From: Octopus sinensis | Taxonomy: Eukaryota | DNA length: 64,000 bases | Reading direction: 5' to 3' | Assembly (NCBI RefSeq): GCF_006345805.1 | Contig: NC_042998.1 | Span: forward strand, 2,294,001 to 2,358,000 | Shown: in pieces, positions 1 to 11,898 of the stretch | Layout of the letters: every line of letters starts with the position of its first letter | How positions within the stretch are numbered: position 1 is the first letter of the stretch | The notes under the pieces: generated by a model | Told to the model about the DNA's origin: nothing | Databases searched by the model: none | What the model saw: the letters and a program-made list of their open reading frames with translations, nothing else | Program-made: the position numbers and the translations under genes

Positions 1-39
<39 letters not shown>

Positions 40-302
40 GAGGGTGTTCTAAAGATGCAAATATTAAAAAAAGGCCAAACATTTTCAGTCAGTACCCATG
101 AAACTTTTCAGAGCTTCTGAGACTGTGGGAAGGAGGGAGGAAAATATTTTCAAACCAAAGACCTAGCCTAAATGCTTACAACAGAGTGGGTTCCATTAAA
201 TGTAACTAAGATGCCAAGTGGTGGTGTTAAACCATCCAAGAAGGCCAGAAAATCAGTGGTACTTCAACTCAGAAAACAAAGACCAAAAACAAATATATAA
301 AG

Positions 303-816
303 CAATGGTCCCCAACCTTTCTTGCGCCATAGACTGGTTTCATGTTAGACAATTTTCCCATGGACTGGAGGATTATACACATAACAAAATACAATAAAGT
401 GTGTAATATTTTATTTAATTATTGGTTTTAAATTTTGGCCCAAAGCCAGCAATTTTGGGTGTGTAGATAAATTGATTACATCAACCCCGATGCTCAACAG
501 ATACTTATTTCATCCCCGGATGGGATGAATAACAAAGTCAACCTCAATGGAATTTGAACTTAGAACATAAAGACAGACAAAATGCTTCTTTTTTTTTTTT
601 TTACTGATGTGTTAATCATTCAGACAACTCACCACCTCCATTTATGATTTAATAATTACATATATAATACACACATATTACATATATAATGCAAAAATAC
701 CCTACAGATTGCAATAGTCAATAAAATAGAAATAATATTAAAAAATCTATTTTTTTCTTTGAAGCCTGGTAACAAATGATTCAAACCCTCATACAGATCT
801 GGTGGGGGGTCACCTG
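303..816. mobile_element. Degenerate hAT-type MITE interrupted by a SINE (~430-640)
   Basis: Left end CAATGGTCCCCAACC; degenerate right end GGGGGTCACCTG. Confidence 0.4.
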
Positions 817-1020
817 TATTAAGGCATCCTATCTGATATGGGTAGACTAATTTAGACTGGTAGTTTATTTAATAAACCCAAGAGGATCAAAGGCAAAGTT
901 GGTCTCGGTAGGATTTGAACACCAAACACAAACACGAATATATATGCTGATAACTATTTCATTTAATGTCTTAATGACTGTAAATTTACACTAAAACATT
1001 TAGTTTGATGCACCATTTAT

Positions 1021-1290
1021 TGGAGGCACATGGCCTACTCATTAGCGCAGCGGACTTGTGGTCGAGGGATCGCGGGTTTGAATCTCAGACTAGGCGATGT
1101 GTGTGTTTATGAGCGAAACACCTAAGTTCCACTCGGCTTTCGCCACAACCTTCTGTCACTCTTTCTTCCTGCATCTTGCAGCTCACCTGTGACAGACAGG
1201 CGTCCCGTCCAGATGGGGAACCTATATGCCAAGGAAACCGGGAGACTGGCCTTTATGAGCCAGGCATGGCTCGAGAAAGAACAAAAAACA
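1021..1290 (+). mobile_element. tRNA-derived SINE (family C)
   Basis: A/B-box head (tggaggcacatggcc…ggtttgaatctc), body shared with 9757-10145 and 46430-46620, A-rich tail. Confidence 0.7.
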
Positions 1291-4200
1291 AAAAAAAAAC
1301 ACTTATCTAAACTCAATCTTGTGCCATGAGATTTTTACGCTTTTAGAGGCAAAAAATTTTACATTTTGATTATATTTAACAGCAGTCCTTGTTGTTACGT
1401 ATTAGATCAGCTTCAAACACATGGGCACCTCTATTAGGTCTAGAACACAACTACAATCCTACATTAAAATTACTATTCCTCCTACTTACTCTCAAGAAGC
1501 ATTTAAAAAAACTCTCATAAATATCAAGCTAGCAACAACCTGAATAACTCCACTAACTCCAAACACAATGCTGGCATGTACATTGCCTGAAACAAGTAGA
1601 GTAGTGAAATAATTATCACACTCCACCCATGTCCACCTTGCCTGTCTCTCTTCTGGCTAACTGTAGTCTGCTTCTTGCACAGAGAAACGTGTTATTGTCA
1701 GAACCAGCAGCTCTGTGAATTTCTTTGGCTTTTTTCATACTCTAACTTTCATGTTCTCATTACAACTTACTCCAACACTAATGAGGTCACCCATCTGGCA
1801 GTTCACCATTTTATTGGTGTTTTTCCACAAACTATTCCTGTATATCAAATGTATTTGAAATGTCTCATTTGTGTGATTGAATCCCTTTTGCTCTCCATGA
1901 CCTATAAACAGGGACGGAGATTACAGAAATTTAATTCTACCACCATTGCTACTGCCACCTCTACATCCCCCCACCTCACCCCACCCCTGCCTACCCCACT
2001 CTACAGCAAGTTTCTTGCTGCAGAGGAGCAACAGGACTACTCAGATTTTAGAAGTGAAGGTGGGAGTGACTGAATGGAGTTGAAAGGCAATGAAGATAGT
2101 GATGGTGAGGTGTTAGGGTGGACCTTCAAAAGTAAGAGGCGGGTAGGAATGAGTAGGGCTGGGACTGAATGGGTGAGAAGAGGATGTTTGATAGAATGGG
2201 ACAGAAGAAGAGTAATGATGAGATAGTAAACAGGAGGATTAAATATTTATTGATTAAGGTCTCTCTCCAGATCACAATAGAATATTGCAGTTTGGTATTT
2301 GCAAGATTAAACTGCAATGCTTCGGCCATTCTTCCAGCCCTAAACACCTGGATTATGAATAAATCCTTAAATCCTTAAAAATGTTTTAGCTCAAAGGCTG
2401 CGGCCATGCTGGGGCACCACCACTGAAAGTTGAGATCTAAAGACAAATTCCTGGTAAACATATGCTTGTACACTAAATTTTTTACTGTATTCAATGCCAG
2501 TCTTACTCTTGCTTATATCACATTCATACATGGTACATGGTGCCCAGATTGGCCTAATTCAGGAAAAAATCATATCTCAGGTTAAAATAATCACCTGATA
2601 CTGGTTGAGGGCTCATTTGAACCACAATTTTAAGAGCTATTAGCTGGAACCAAAATTATTTGTTTTTTCTTTGTTTATGTAGATCTGGGTTCAAATAACC
2701 AAATCAGGGCATATTGACCAAAATTGCCTTTTTGGTATATTGCGCTTAAAAATGATTGTCTGCAAGATCTCGCCAGCTTTCAAGCAAGGATAACATCCAT
2801 GACATCTCCAGAAGAATGTCCATCATGTCGCATCCAGCAACTGCTTCGGAATGTCCCAGCCCAAGTTGTTTGGTTTGTAGTGAAGTTGGTCACACAGTTC
2901 GTTCTTCAAAACATAAAAAGGTGTCTGCTTTGACAGAAGAACAAGAATCAAATCACTATATTACTGACTGGTCCATGTTATGCATATTTACTGTTCGGAA
3001 TTGTTGCTACAATATTTGCTGTGAATAATATGTGATCAGTTTTCACAATTTAGAGCAAATGATACGGATAGGTGGCAGGTGGTCATTGTATTTTTCCTGG
3101 GTGGGGAGTAGACTATGGTAAAATTTCAATCCAGAGATTTGTTGGGAATATTTTCTTTTTGTTATCTCTTATTTTGGCCCTTCTTCAATTTTGGCATAAG
3201 CCAGGCAAAATCCTCCAAGCTGGAATCTAATCTTCCTAATCAGATTTTTACCCCATAAAATAGGCCAAATGCCAAAAAAAGTGCATTTAAGATCAATTAT
3301 TTCAAGAAATTTTTTAAGTTTTGAGTCCATTTTATGTTTCCTGTTTTTTATACTTGTTTAATCGCGTTAAGGGTCAATAACTTCTGATTTTACCCAATTT
3401 TAGTTGATTTTAATGTTTGGTATCCAAATTGCAATTATACTTTTTATGTGGCCTTTTAACCCCTTTGAACTGATTTTTTTCCACAGTTTACATAAAATGC
3501 TGAAGATGTCAAATATGTTAGCCCTTAATATGTCAAAATTTGTCAATTTAAAAAAAAAATTATCATGTTTGAGGTGGTTTTACCAAAAATTTGGATATTT
3601 TTCATACATCCCCTATTTTCTCAAATTTATGTTGGCCTATGCACTCTAGGCTGTAGCTTGATTGGAAGACAATTAAAATCGCTTCTAAATAAGTTCAAAC
3701 AGAAGTTAAAAATCTTTACATTCAATCTTATGATACTAAAAAAAAACATAAATTTCGTTAAATTGGCCGATTTTAAAGAGCTATAAAAATTGAACCATAC
3801 ATTATTTTAAACTCAGGTTTTTGTTTTGTAATCTCTTGAGTTTAAAGAACCAGAAAATATGCATTTTAAACATCTGGGGGGAAACTTCCAAAAATGATAA
3901 ATTCCCACTCTGGGCACAATGTGCATGGCTTGTATAGCCTTTAGAACCCATACATCTACCCTTATATTTCTTACCATACATCAGAATATAAAAAGCTGGC
4001 TCCTGACAAAAGTGGGTAAGAAATTCTCTTTCTGTTGTCTCCTTGAAAATGTAGAAATATATTTGTAGTTTTACATCCTGGTCCTGAATTAACTTTGATA
4101 CCATTCTCTCAACATCTTTGAAGACCTGATTAACCTGTTTAAGTCCTCTTCAACTTCTCTTATCTCGTGCATGTTCTTTTCTCTTGTAACAGTTAACACA

Positions 4201-4479
4201 AATACTTTGATGTCTTTTGTTGGGAGAGATTTCATCTTCCTGCACTACCTGGTTAACTATGAGCATCAAAACACTCCAAGCTAATAGGAGAGCCTCTACA
4301 TAACCATCTGACATGCTAAAAATATCAGCCTTATTCTCTCGGATTACACTCTATCATTTTGAAGCAGAGTGGACACCCTGAAAGCAGAGTAAAAAAAAAT
4401 GGTCAATGAAGGTAAGAATGCCTTTGGTAATCAGGGCTGGCTTTGGGTTAAACAACAACTTGATTCACTAAGTAAGCAT

Positions 4480-5326
4480 ATGAACTTCACATTTTAACAC
4501 TTTCAACATCTCAACAAATATCTATGATATTCTGGGAGAATTTTCTTGTTTTCATCTTCTCATAATGAAATTAATCTCAATAGAAGATTACTTGTTTGTT
4601 CTCCTTGGAGTATATGATGTTTCAGATCTTTACCTTTTGACGTACAGATTTCAAAAATAATTTTTTGTAACTAAACACTTTCAAATTTCAGACACTGGTA
4701 GAATGTGTCATATAAAACATGTTTTACTCTTAGTATTTTTGAGAAAAACTTATATTTACAAAGTAATTCCACATTAAAGTAGGCATATTTCGGTAATTTC
4801 AACCAATCAATGACATGTATTCAGCTGAATAAAATTACTGCCATTCTTTGTCAACAACTATCAGCATTGTATTTTTCGTTTGTCAGTTATTTATGACATC
4901 GTTCGTGCGTTTGTACTGGTTTTAGCTTTAAGGTTTTAGGGTTAGGGTCTTAGGGTTAGGGTTTTAGGGTTAGGGTTAGGGTTGTTATAAATAACAGTGA
5001 CAAACAAAAAATACACCACTGGAAGTTCTTGTTGACAAAGAATGGCAGTAATTTTATTCAGCTGAATACACGTCATTGATTGGTTGAAATTACTGAAATA
5101 TGCCTACTTTAATGTGAAATTACTTCGTAAATATAAGTTTTTCTCAAAAATGCTGAGAGTAAAACATGTTTTATATGACATATGCCACCAGTATCTGAAA
5201 TTTGAACGTGTATAGTTACAAAAAATTATTTTTTAAATCTGTACATCAAAAGGTAAAGATCCGATGTTTCCAAGGACATCATAGATAGTTGTTGAGATGT
5301 TGAAAGTGTCAAAGTGAGGAGTTCAT
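4480..5326. mobile_element. Outer inverted-repeat element (~50-bp TIRs 4480-4532 / 5274-5326) hosting the fold-back element
   Basis: atgaacttcacattttaacactttcaacatctcaacaaatatctatgat is the near reverse complement of 5274-5326. Confidence 0.7.
4624..5262. mobile_element. Fold-back MITE with ~270-bp inverted arms, (TTAGGG)n core and GATGTTTC target-site duplication
   Basis: GATCTTTACCTTTTGA…TCAAAAGGTAAAGATC; GATGTTTC at 4616-4623 and 5263-5270; ttagggttaggg array at ~4921-4983. Confidence 0.88.
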
Positions 5327-6187
5327 TTCCTCAAGGTTCCACATTGCGGAATCAACCAAAAAGTCTGTAATTATAAAGCAAAATCATAAACCACACAGCT
5401 ATACTTGCGCTCACTAACAGACATCTTAACCATACAGTCAGGCTTATCCTGCCTGTGCTTACAAAGAGAGAAAGGCAAACAAATGGACTGTGGGAGAAGA
5501 GAGAAATTGATAGATAAAGTTATGAGTAGTAAATATATCATAAAGGAACTATATAAATGAATAGCTACATAAATATGTAGTAAATACCTCAAGTTATTAT
5601 ATTTATGGTATGCTAATAACATGAGAGTAAATCTATAGATTTTTCAGTTTGATTTTTGTCAACAGCTGAAAGTAAGTCGTCATTTTTCAGACACATTCTC
5701 ACAGAGTGTCAAAACAACCAGACATAAACACACTCACTCACACACACACACACAAACACACACAAACACACACACACATACACACACACACACACACATG
5801 ATGGGCTTCTTTCAGATTCCATCAACCATATCCACACACAAGTCATGCCTGCATCAATGAGCAATGCTTGCACCTATATATACTTTATCTCTATATGTGT
5901 GTGTGAGAGAGAGAGAGAGAACGTGTGTGAGTGTGTATGTGCGAGTGTGTGTGTGTGAGTGAGTGTGTGCATGTAAGTGTATGTGTATGTATGACTCATC
6001 AATAAACCTGTAGAACATTGAATTTATCTTTATATTCAAGTCCTTTGATATAGAAAATAAAGCCTTGTATTATTTTTATACTTTATTATGGTCTATCATA
6101 GCTTGTCACAGTTAAACTAATTTATTGAACAGTAAAAAATAATGTCAATGAAACAACTTCAATTGTTCTCATACACTTTTGTGTATG

Positions 6188-6220
<33 letters not shown>

Positions 6221-6492
6221 GAGATAGGGGTATGTTACGCCGCAATAATATATGTATAGAAATTAAATATAAATTACAAGAACGCAAAAACACACAAAGA
6301 GACAGCACAAAAAAAACAGACGGGTTATTCGAAGCCTCTAATCTTCAGTCGGGAACCGGATCATCTTAGCAATTTCGGCTGATTAATCCTCGAGATATAT
6401 ATATATATATATTATTAATATTTGAGGGAATGAAATCCAACACTTACAAGGAAAAAAAATTCAATTTAGAAATACTAAATCAAATTTCACAC

Positions 6493-6752
6493 AATATAAT
6501 ATATATATAAAAAATTAGAAAAAAACACCTTTTATCAATTCAAAATGAACAATTAAATTACACCATCCAGAAAATTACATATAATAGAAATATTAACATT
6601 AAAATAATAATAAAATGTCAAAGATTAAGTAAATTGCAAAAAAAAAAAAATAATAATAACTTATATAAATTGTATAAATTTTCTGGATGGTGTAATTTAA
6701 TTGTTCATTTTGAATTGATAGGTGTTTTTTTTCTAATTTTATATATTATATT
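6493..6752. repeat. AT-rich inverted repeat (6493-6575 vs 6677-6752), probably Penelope-type terminal repeat remnants
   Basis: tatcaattcaaaatgaacaattaaattacaccatccagaaaatt and its reverse complement. Confidence 0.65.
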
Positions 6753-7592
6753 CATCATCATCACCGTTTAACATCCACTTTTCATGCTGGCATGGGTTGG
6801 ACAGATTGACAGGAGCTGGCCAGGCAGGAGCCTGCATCAGACTTCTGTGTCTGTTTTGGCAGGGTTTTTACAACTGGATGCCCTTCCTAACACCAACCAC
6901 CCAACAGACTAGACTGAGTGCTTTTTACATGGCACCAGCATAAGCAAGGTCACTCTTGGCAACGTTTTTACAGCAGGATGCCCTTCCAATGCCAACCACT
7001 TCACAGTGTGGTGGACTGGATGCTTTTTATGTGGCACCAGCACTGGCGGGGTCACCAAGTATCATGCAAGACAAAGAACCTTTGAGAGGAGAGGGGGGGG
7101 GCATTGGAGGAGCATGAAAACAATTCTTTACAGATACAGACTCACACAAAAATCAGAGAGATAGGCGAAGTATATTATATAACCGGTTGCTGATTTTTTA
7201 AAATGTTTTTGTTCTTTACGATCCACTTAAGAACCTACGCCTCCACAAATATTCTCAGAGAAATGAAAAGTTAAACAGATTTATTTGCTGATTCATATGA
7301 ACCATAACAACATGCATAACATTTTAGTGCTCCCATAACAAATTGAAAGGAGCTTATTGTTCAACAGAGAGAAAATAGGTCAATATACATCATACAGACT
7401 ATATATATACATCATACAGGCAAGAAAGTAATGATTCAAACACAATGCAGCCATCATAAAAGGGTAAAATACAATCTTTCTGCTCTTTTTCATGGCTATA
7501 CTGCATTCAAAATATTACTTTCTTGTCTGTATGATACAATACACATTCAACACTTCCCAAAAAAAAAGTTTGTTTATATATGCTGTTGCATA

Positions 7593-7651
<59 letters not shown>

Positions 7652-7656
<5 letters not shown>

Positions 7657-9510
7657 GGAAGGTAGACCAATCACAAACGCCTTCAGGTAGATGGCCCTGC
7701 TCGATCAGTAGAAAAGGTGTAGGTAGAAACTCTATAAGATGCACCAAGTGTAAGCTATGGACACATAAGAGGTGCAGCAATGTCAAAGGAAGGCTAACTA
7801 GGAAGATGGTTTTTGTATGTGGCAGATGCTCAGGAACAATTACCACTGAAAATGCTCTGAGACCAACTTCCATCACTTTCCAGGGAGAAAAGCTAGAAGT
7901 AGTTGATAGTTTCCGTTACCTAGGTGACCAAGTCAGTGGCGGGGGTGGGTGCGCTGAAAGTATAACTGTTAGAGTAAGAATAGCCTGAGCAAAGTTTAGA
8001 GAGCTCTTACCCCTGCTGGTGACAAAAGGCCTCTCGCTCAAAGTAAAAGGCAGACTGTATGATGCATGTGTACGTACAGCCATGCTACATGGTAGTGAAA
8101 CTTGGGCTGTGACTGCTGAGGATTTGCGTAAGCTCGCAAGAAATGAAGCTAGTATGCTCCAATGGATGTGTAACGTCAGTGTTCATAATCAACAGAGTGT
8201 AAGTACCTTGAGAGAAAAGTTGAACCTAAGAAGCATCAGTTGTTGTGTGCAAGAGAGACGTATGCGTTGGTATGGTCATGTGATGAGAATGGCTGAAGAT
8301 AGTTGTGTGCGAAAGTGCCACACCCTGGCAGTTGAGGGGACCTGTGGAAGAGGTAGACCCAGGAAAACCTGGGTCGAGGCGGTGAAGCACGACCTTCGAA
8401 CTTTAGGTCTCACCAAGGAAATGACCAGTGACCGAGACCTTTGGAGTATGCTGTGCGTGAGAAAACCCGGCAAGACCAGTGAGAACAGTCAAAATCAAAT
8501 CAAACCAAATTGAGGTCGATCAACATCAGGGCCCCCGTGCAGGTGACACGTAATAGCACCATCCATTCGTAGCCGTTTGCCAGCCCTGTCTGGCCCCCGT
8601 GTCGGTGGCACGTAAAAGCACCAGCCGTTTGTGCCTGGCCTGGCCCCCGTGCCAGTGACACGTAAAAGCACCATCCGTTTGTGGCCGTTTGCCAGCTCTG
8701 TCTGCCCCCGTGCCGGTGACACGTAATAGCACCATCTGTTCGTGGCCGTTTGCCAGCCCTGTCTGGCCCCCGTGCCGGTGACACGTAAAAGCACCATCCG
8801 TTCGTGACCGTTTGCCAGCCCTGTCTGGCCCCCATGTCGGTGACATGTAAAAGCACCATCCATTGTGGCCGTTTGCCAGCCCTGTCTGGCCCCCATGTCG
8901 GTGACATGTAAAAGCACCATCCGTTCGTGTCCGTTGCCAGCCTCGCCTGGCCCCCGTGCAGGTGACACGTAAAAGCACCATCCGTTCGTGACCGTTTGCC
9001 AGCCCTGTCTGGCCCCGTGCCGGGGACACGTAAAAGCACCATCCGTACGTGACCGTTTGCCAGCCCTGTCTGGCCCCGTGCCGGTGACATGTAAAAGCAC
9101 CATCCGTTCGTGTCCGTTGCCAGCCTCGCCTGGCCCCCGTGCCGGTGACACGTAAAAGCACCATCCGTTCGTGGCTGTTTGCCAGCTCTGTCTTGCCCCC
9201 CATGTTGGTGGCACGTAAAAGCACCATCCGTTCGTGTCCGTTGCCAGCCTTGCCTGGCCCTGTGCCGGTGACACGTAAAAGCACCATCCGTTCGTGGCTG
9301 TTTGCCAGCTCTGTCTGGCACCTGTGCGGGTGGCACGTAAAAAGCACCCACTACACTCACGGAGTGGTTGGAGTTAGGAAGGGCATCCAGCCGTAGAAAC
9401 ACTGCCAGATCTGACTGGGCCTGATGAAGCCTTCCAGCTTCACAGACCCCAGTTGAACCGTCCAACCCATGCTAGCATGGAGAACGGACGCTAAATGATG
9501 ATGATGATGA

Positions 9511-9513
<3 letters not shown>
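7652..9513 (+). mobile_element. 5'-truncated RTE-clade LINE: C-terminal ORF (one in-frame stop at 7986-7988), 3'UTR tandem array, conserved tail ending in (ATG)n
   Basis: LEVVDSFRYLGD, RVRIA*AKFREL, LHGSETW, RMRWYGHVMRM, GRGRPRKTW; flanked by (TA)n on both sides. Confidence 0.92.
8530..9345 (+). repeat. ~60-bp tandem array (~14 units) in the RTE 3'UTR
   Basis: Unit ~gtgacacgtaaaagcaccatccgttcgtggccgtttgccagccctgtctggcccccgtgccg. Confidence 0.95.
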
Positions 9514-9545
<32 letters not shown>

Positions 9546-9756
9546 GGGAGAGTTTACGAAAAAAACAAAAGACGAAGACAGGTGGTGTACAAAACAAACA
9601 GATGTATTAGTATAACGCTCAGGAATAGAAAAAGTCTTTTACATTTCAAGCCTACGCTCTTCTACAGAAAGGGACACAGAAAAAACAAGGAGAGAAAAAA
9701 ATGTGTGTAGTGGCTAACGATCTATCATGGATATATATATATATATATATACATAT

Positions 9757-10145
9757 GGGATGGAAGCACTCTGTCGGTTACGATGACGAGGGTTCCGGTT
9801 GATCCGAATCAACGGAACAGCCTGCTCGTGAAATTAACGTGCAAGTGGCTGAGCACTCCACAGACACATGCACCCCTAACGCAGTTCTCGGGGATATTCA
9901 GCGTGACACAGAGAGTGACAAGGCCGGCCCTTTGAAATACAGGTACAACAGAAACAGGAAGTAAGAGTGAGAGAAAGTTGTGGTGAAAGAGTACAGCAGG
10001 GATAACCACCATCCCCTGCCGGAGCCTCGTGGAGCTTTAGGTGTTTTCGCTCAATAAACACTCACAACGCCCGGTCTGGGAGTCGAAACCGCGATCCTAT
10101 GACCGCGAGTCCACTGCCCTAACCACTGGGCCATTGCGCCTCCAC
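9757..10145 (-). mobile_element. tRNA-derived SINE (family C)
   Basis: rc head gtggaggcgcaatggcccagtggttaggg…ggtttcgactccc; flanked by TA/CA microsatellite. Confidence 0.8.
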
Positions 10146-10280
10146 AATATACATATATATATACATATACATATATATATACATATACATATATATATAT
10201 ACATATACATATATATATATACATATAAATATATATATATACATATACATATGTATGTATGTATGTATGTATGTATATAC

Positions 10281-10567
10281 TAATAGTTATCGCCAAGCCA
10301 ATATGGCAGTCCAGATAAATAGGATGAATGCTGCTGTTGATTTGTTCCAAGAGGCCATCGTCTCTAGCTAACTTCCCCTAGCAGCTTTCCCTTGCTAGTC
10401 TGGCATCCAGCAAGGGGAAGCTGCTGACCTCTCCTGTTCGAAGGTTATAATGGACATAGGTCCCTGTGTCACATAGCTAGCCAGAGGTGATGGCCTCTTG
10501 GAGCTAATCAACGGCAGCATTCGTCCTATTTTTCTGGACTGCCATATTAGCTTGGCGATAACTATTA
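10281..10567. repeat. Inverted repeat (~90-bp arms); related copy at 63860-64000
   Basis: taatagttatcgccaagccaatatggcagtccaga… vs …tctggactgccatattagcttggcgataactatta. Confidence 0.75.
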
Positions 10568-10644
10568 ATATCCAGTACCACTGTCATGGTCTCCTTTAGA
10601 GAGAATTAGAAATAATAATATTTCTATTTATATATATACATATA

Positions 10645-10836
10645 TCATCATCATCGTTTAGCGTCCGTTTTCCATGCTAGCATGGGTTGGACGGTTCAAC
10701 TGGGGTCTGGGAAGCCAGGAGGCTGCGCCAGGCTCCAGTTTTGATCTGGCAGTGTTTCTACAGCTGGATGCCCTTCCGGATGTAGAAACACTGCCAGATC
10801 AGACTGGGCCTGGCGCAGCCTCCTGGCTTCCCAGAC
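10645..10836 (-). mobile_element. RTE 3' tail fragment with an internal inversion (hairpin 10705-10836)
   Basis: Same tail as 9380-9513; gtctgggaagccaggaggctgcgccaggc… mirrored by …gcctggcgcagcctcctggcttcccagac. Confidence 0.85.
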
Positions 10837-11505
10837 ATAATAATAACAATAATAATAATAATATAAATAATATATAAATATATGCATATATACATACATA
10901 TATGTACATACCTACATATATATGTATACATACATGCATACATGGGTACAAGACATCAAAAAAACGTTGAACACAATGAGAAACGAAAACATAAAAACAA
11001 AAACATAGAAACGAACTTTTTTTTCGAACAACGAGAAAAACAGAGAAACAAGACATACAACACAAGGAATATTCCCCTTCTTCAGTTGTCCCTGTTTCAT
11101 CTACTCCGCGTTTCGAAGGTATGAAATAGAAGCAGTGCTGGTGTAATAAGCATTATTGACTACAGGAGTGGACCCAAGGAGGAAGAGGCCTGAGGGGTGC
11201 GTGTCACCTCAAGAAAAATGAAAAGAAATGCACCCTTCTAAATAATGTTATTACGCCCTTTACTCCTGGAATTGTATTCCCTTCTGACCTTGTGCCCTCC
11301 CTTTGAAAAATTCTTGGGATTGCACCTGGACTACATATACTTAACATATATGAATTGTGTATTTGTCAGTAGGCTATGATTTGGCATAGTGGAGACTACT
11401 CTCTTAATACACCAAGTGTTAAAACACCAGAAAGTTATGAGTAGGTGAGATAACTCACCCCAAATCCTATTAGGGAGTGATGGACATCAATGTTTTATCA
11501 TTTTA

Positions 11506-11898
11506 CTAGCAGTATCGCCAGGCATTGCTTGGGTTTGTTTCGACCCTTTAGAATAGAAATTTTTGGAAAGTAAAAATTTTGCATTATGTAGCTTGTTATT
11601 CTCTTTAAGTGAACAGTTTTCTGGTTGAAATACACCGAAAAATGGCGACACAGCAGTAAAAAAATTGTTAAAAAATAGGGATTTTCATAGAAAAAAAGCA
11701 CCATTTTGATGTAAATAATTTTTGGTGTTAACATGGTCCGATTTGAATTTTTTCTTCTACGGAAGGAAGAGCAAGCATTCTTCTATCATACTCTCAATTT
11801 TGGTCAACTTGCACTGCAGGGTCTCGGAGGAGATAGTGTTAGTTGAAGGCTACCAAACCTGGCACACACAGACAACTTCAGCTTTATATATATAGAGA
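11506..11898 (-). mobile_element. Non-autonomous Helitron
   Basis: On the - strand: A|TCTCTATATATA…hairpin (cccaagcaatgcctgg)…CTAG|T. Confidence 0.75.

Noticed and set aside
4921-4983. Telomere or chromosome-fusion site
   Set aside because: Short, one orientation only, and enclosed in a TIR element with a TSD
7986-7988. In-frame TGA as selenocysteine or programmed readthrough
   Set aside because: It falls at a conserved Trp position of the RTE ORF (TGG->TGA) in a dead copy
8495-9465. Three long overlapping - strand ORFs (259-321 aa) and a superficially CRISPR-like repeat
   Set aside because: Artefacts of a stop-free 60-bp tandem unit in an RTE 3'UTR; units are contiguous with no unique spacers, there are no cas genes, and the context is eukaryotic
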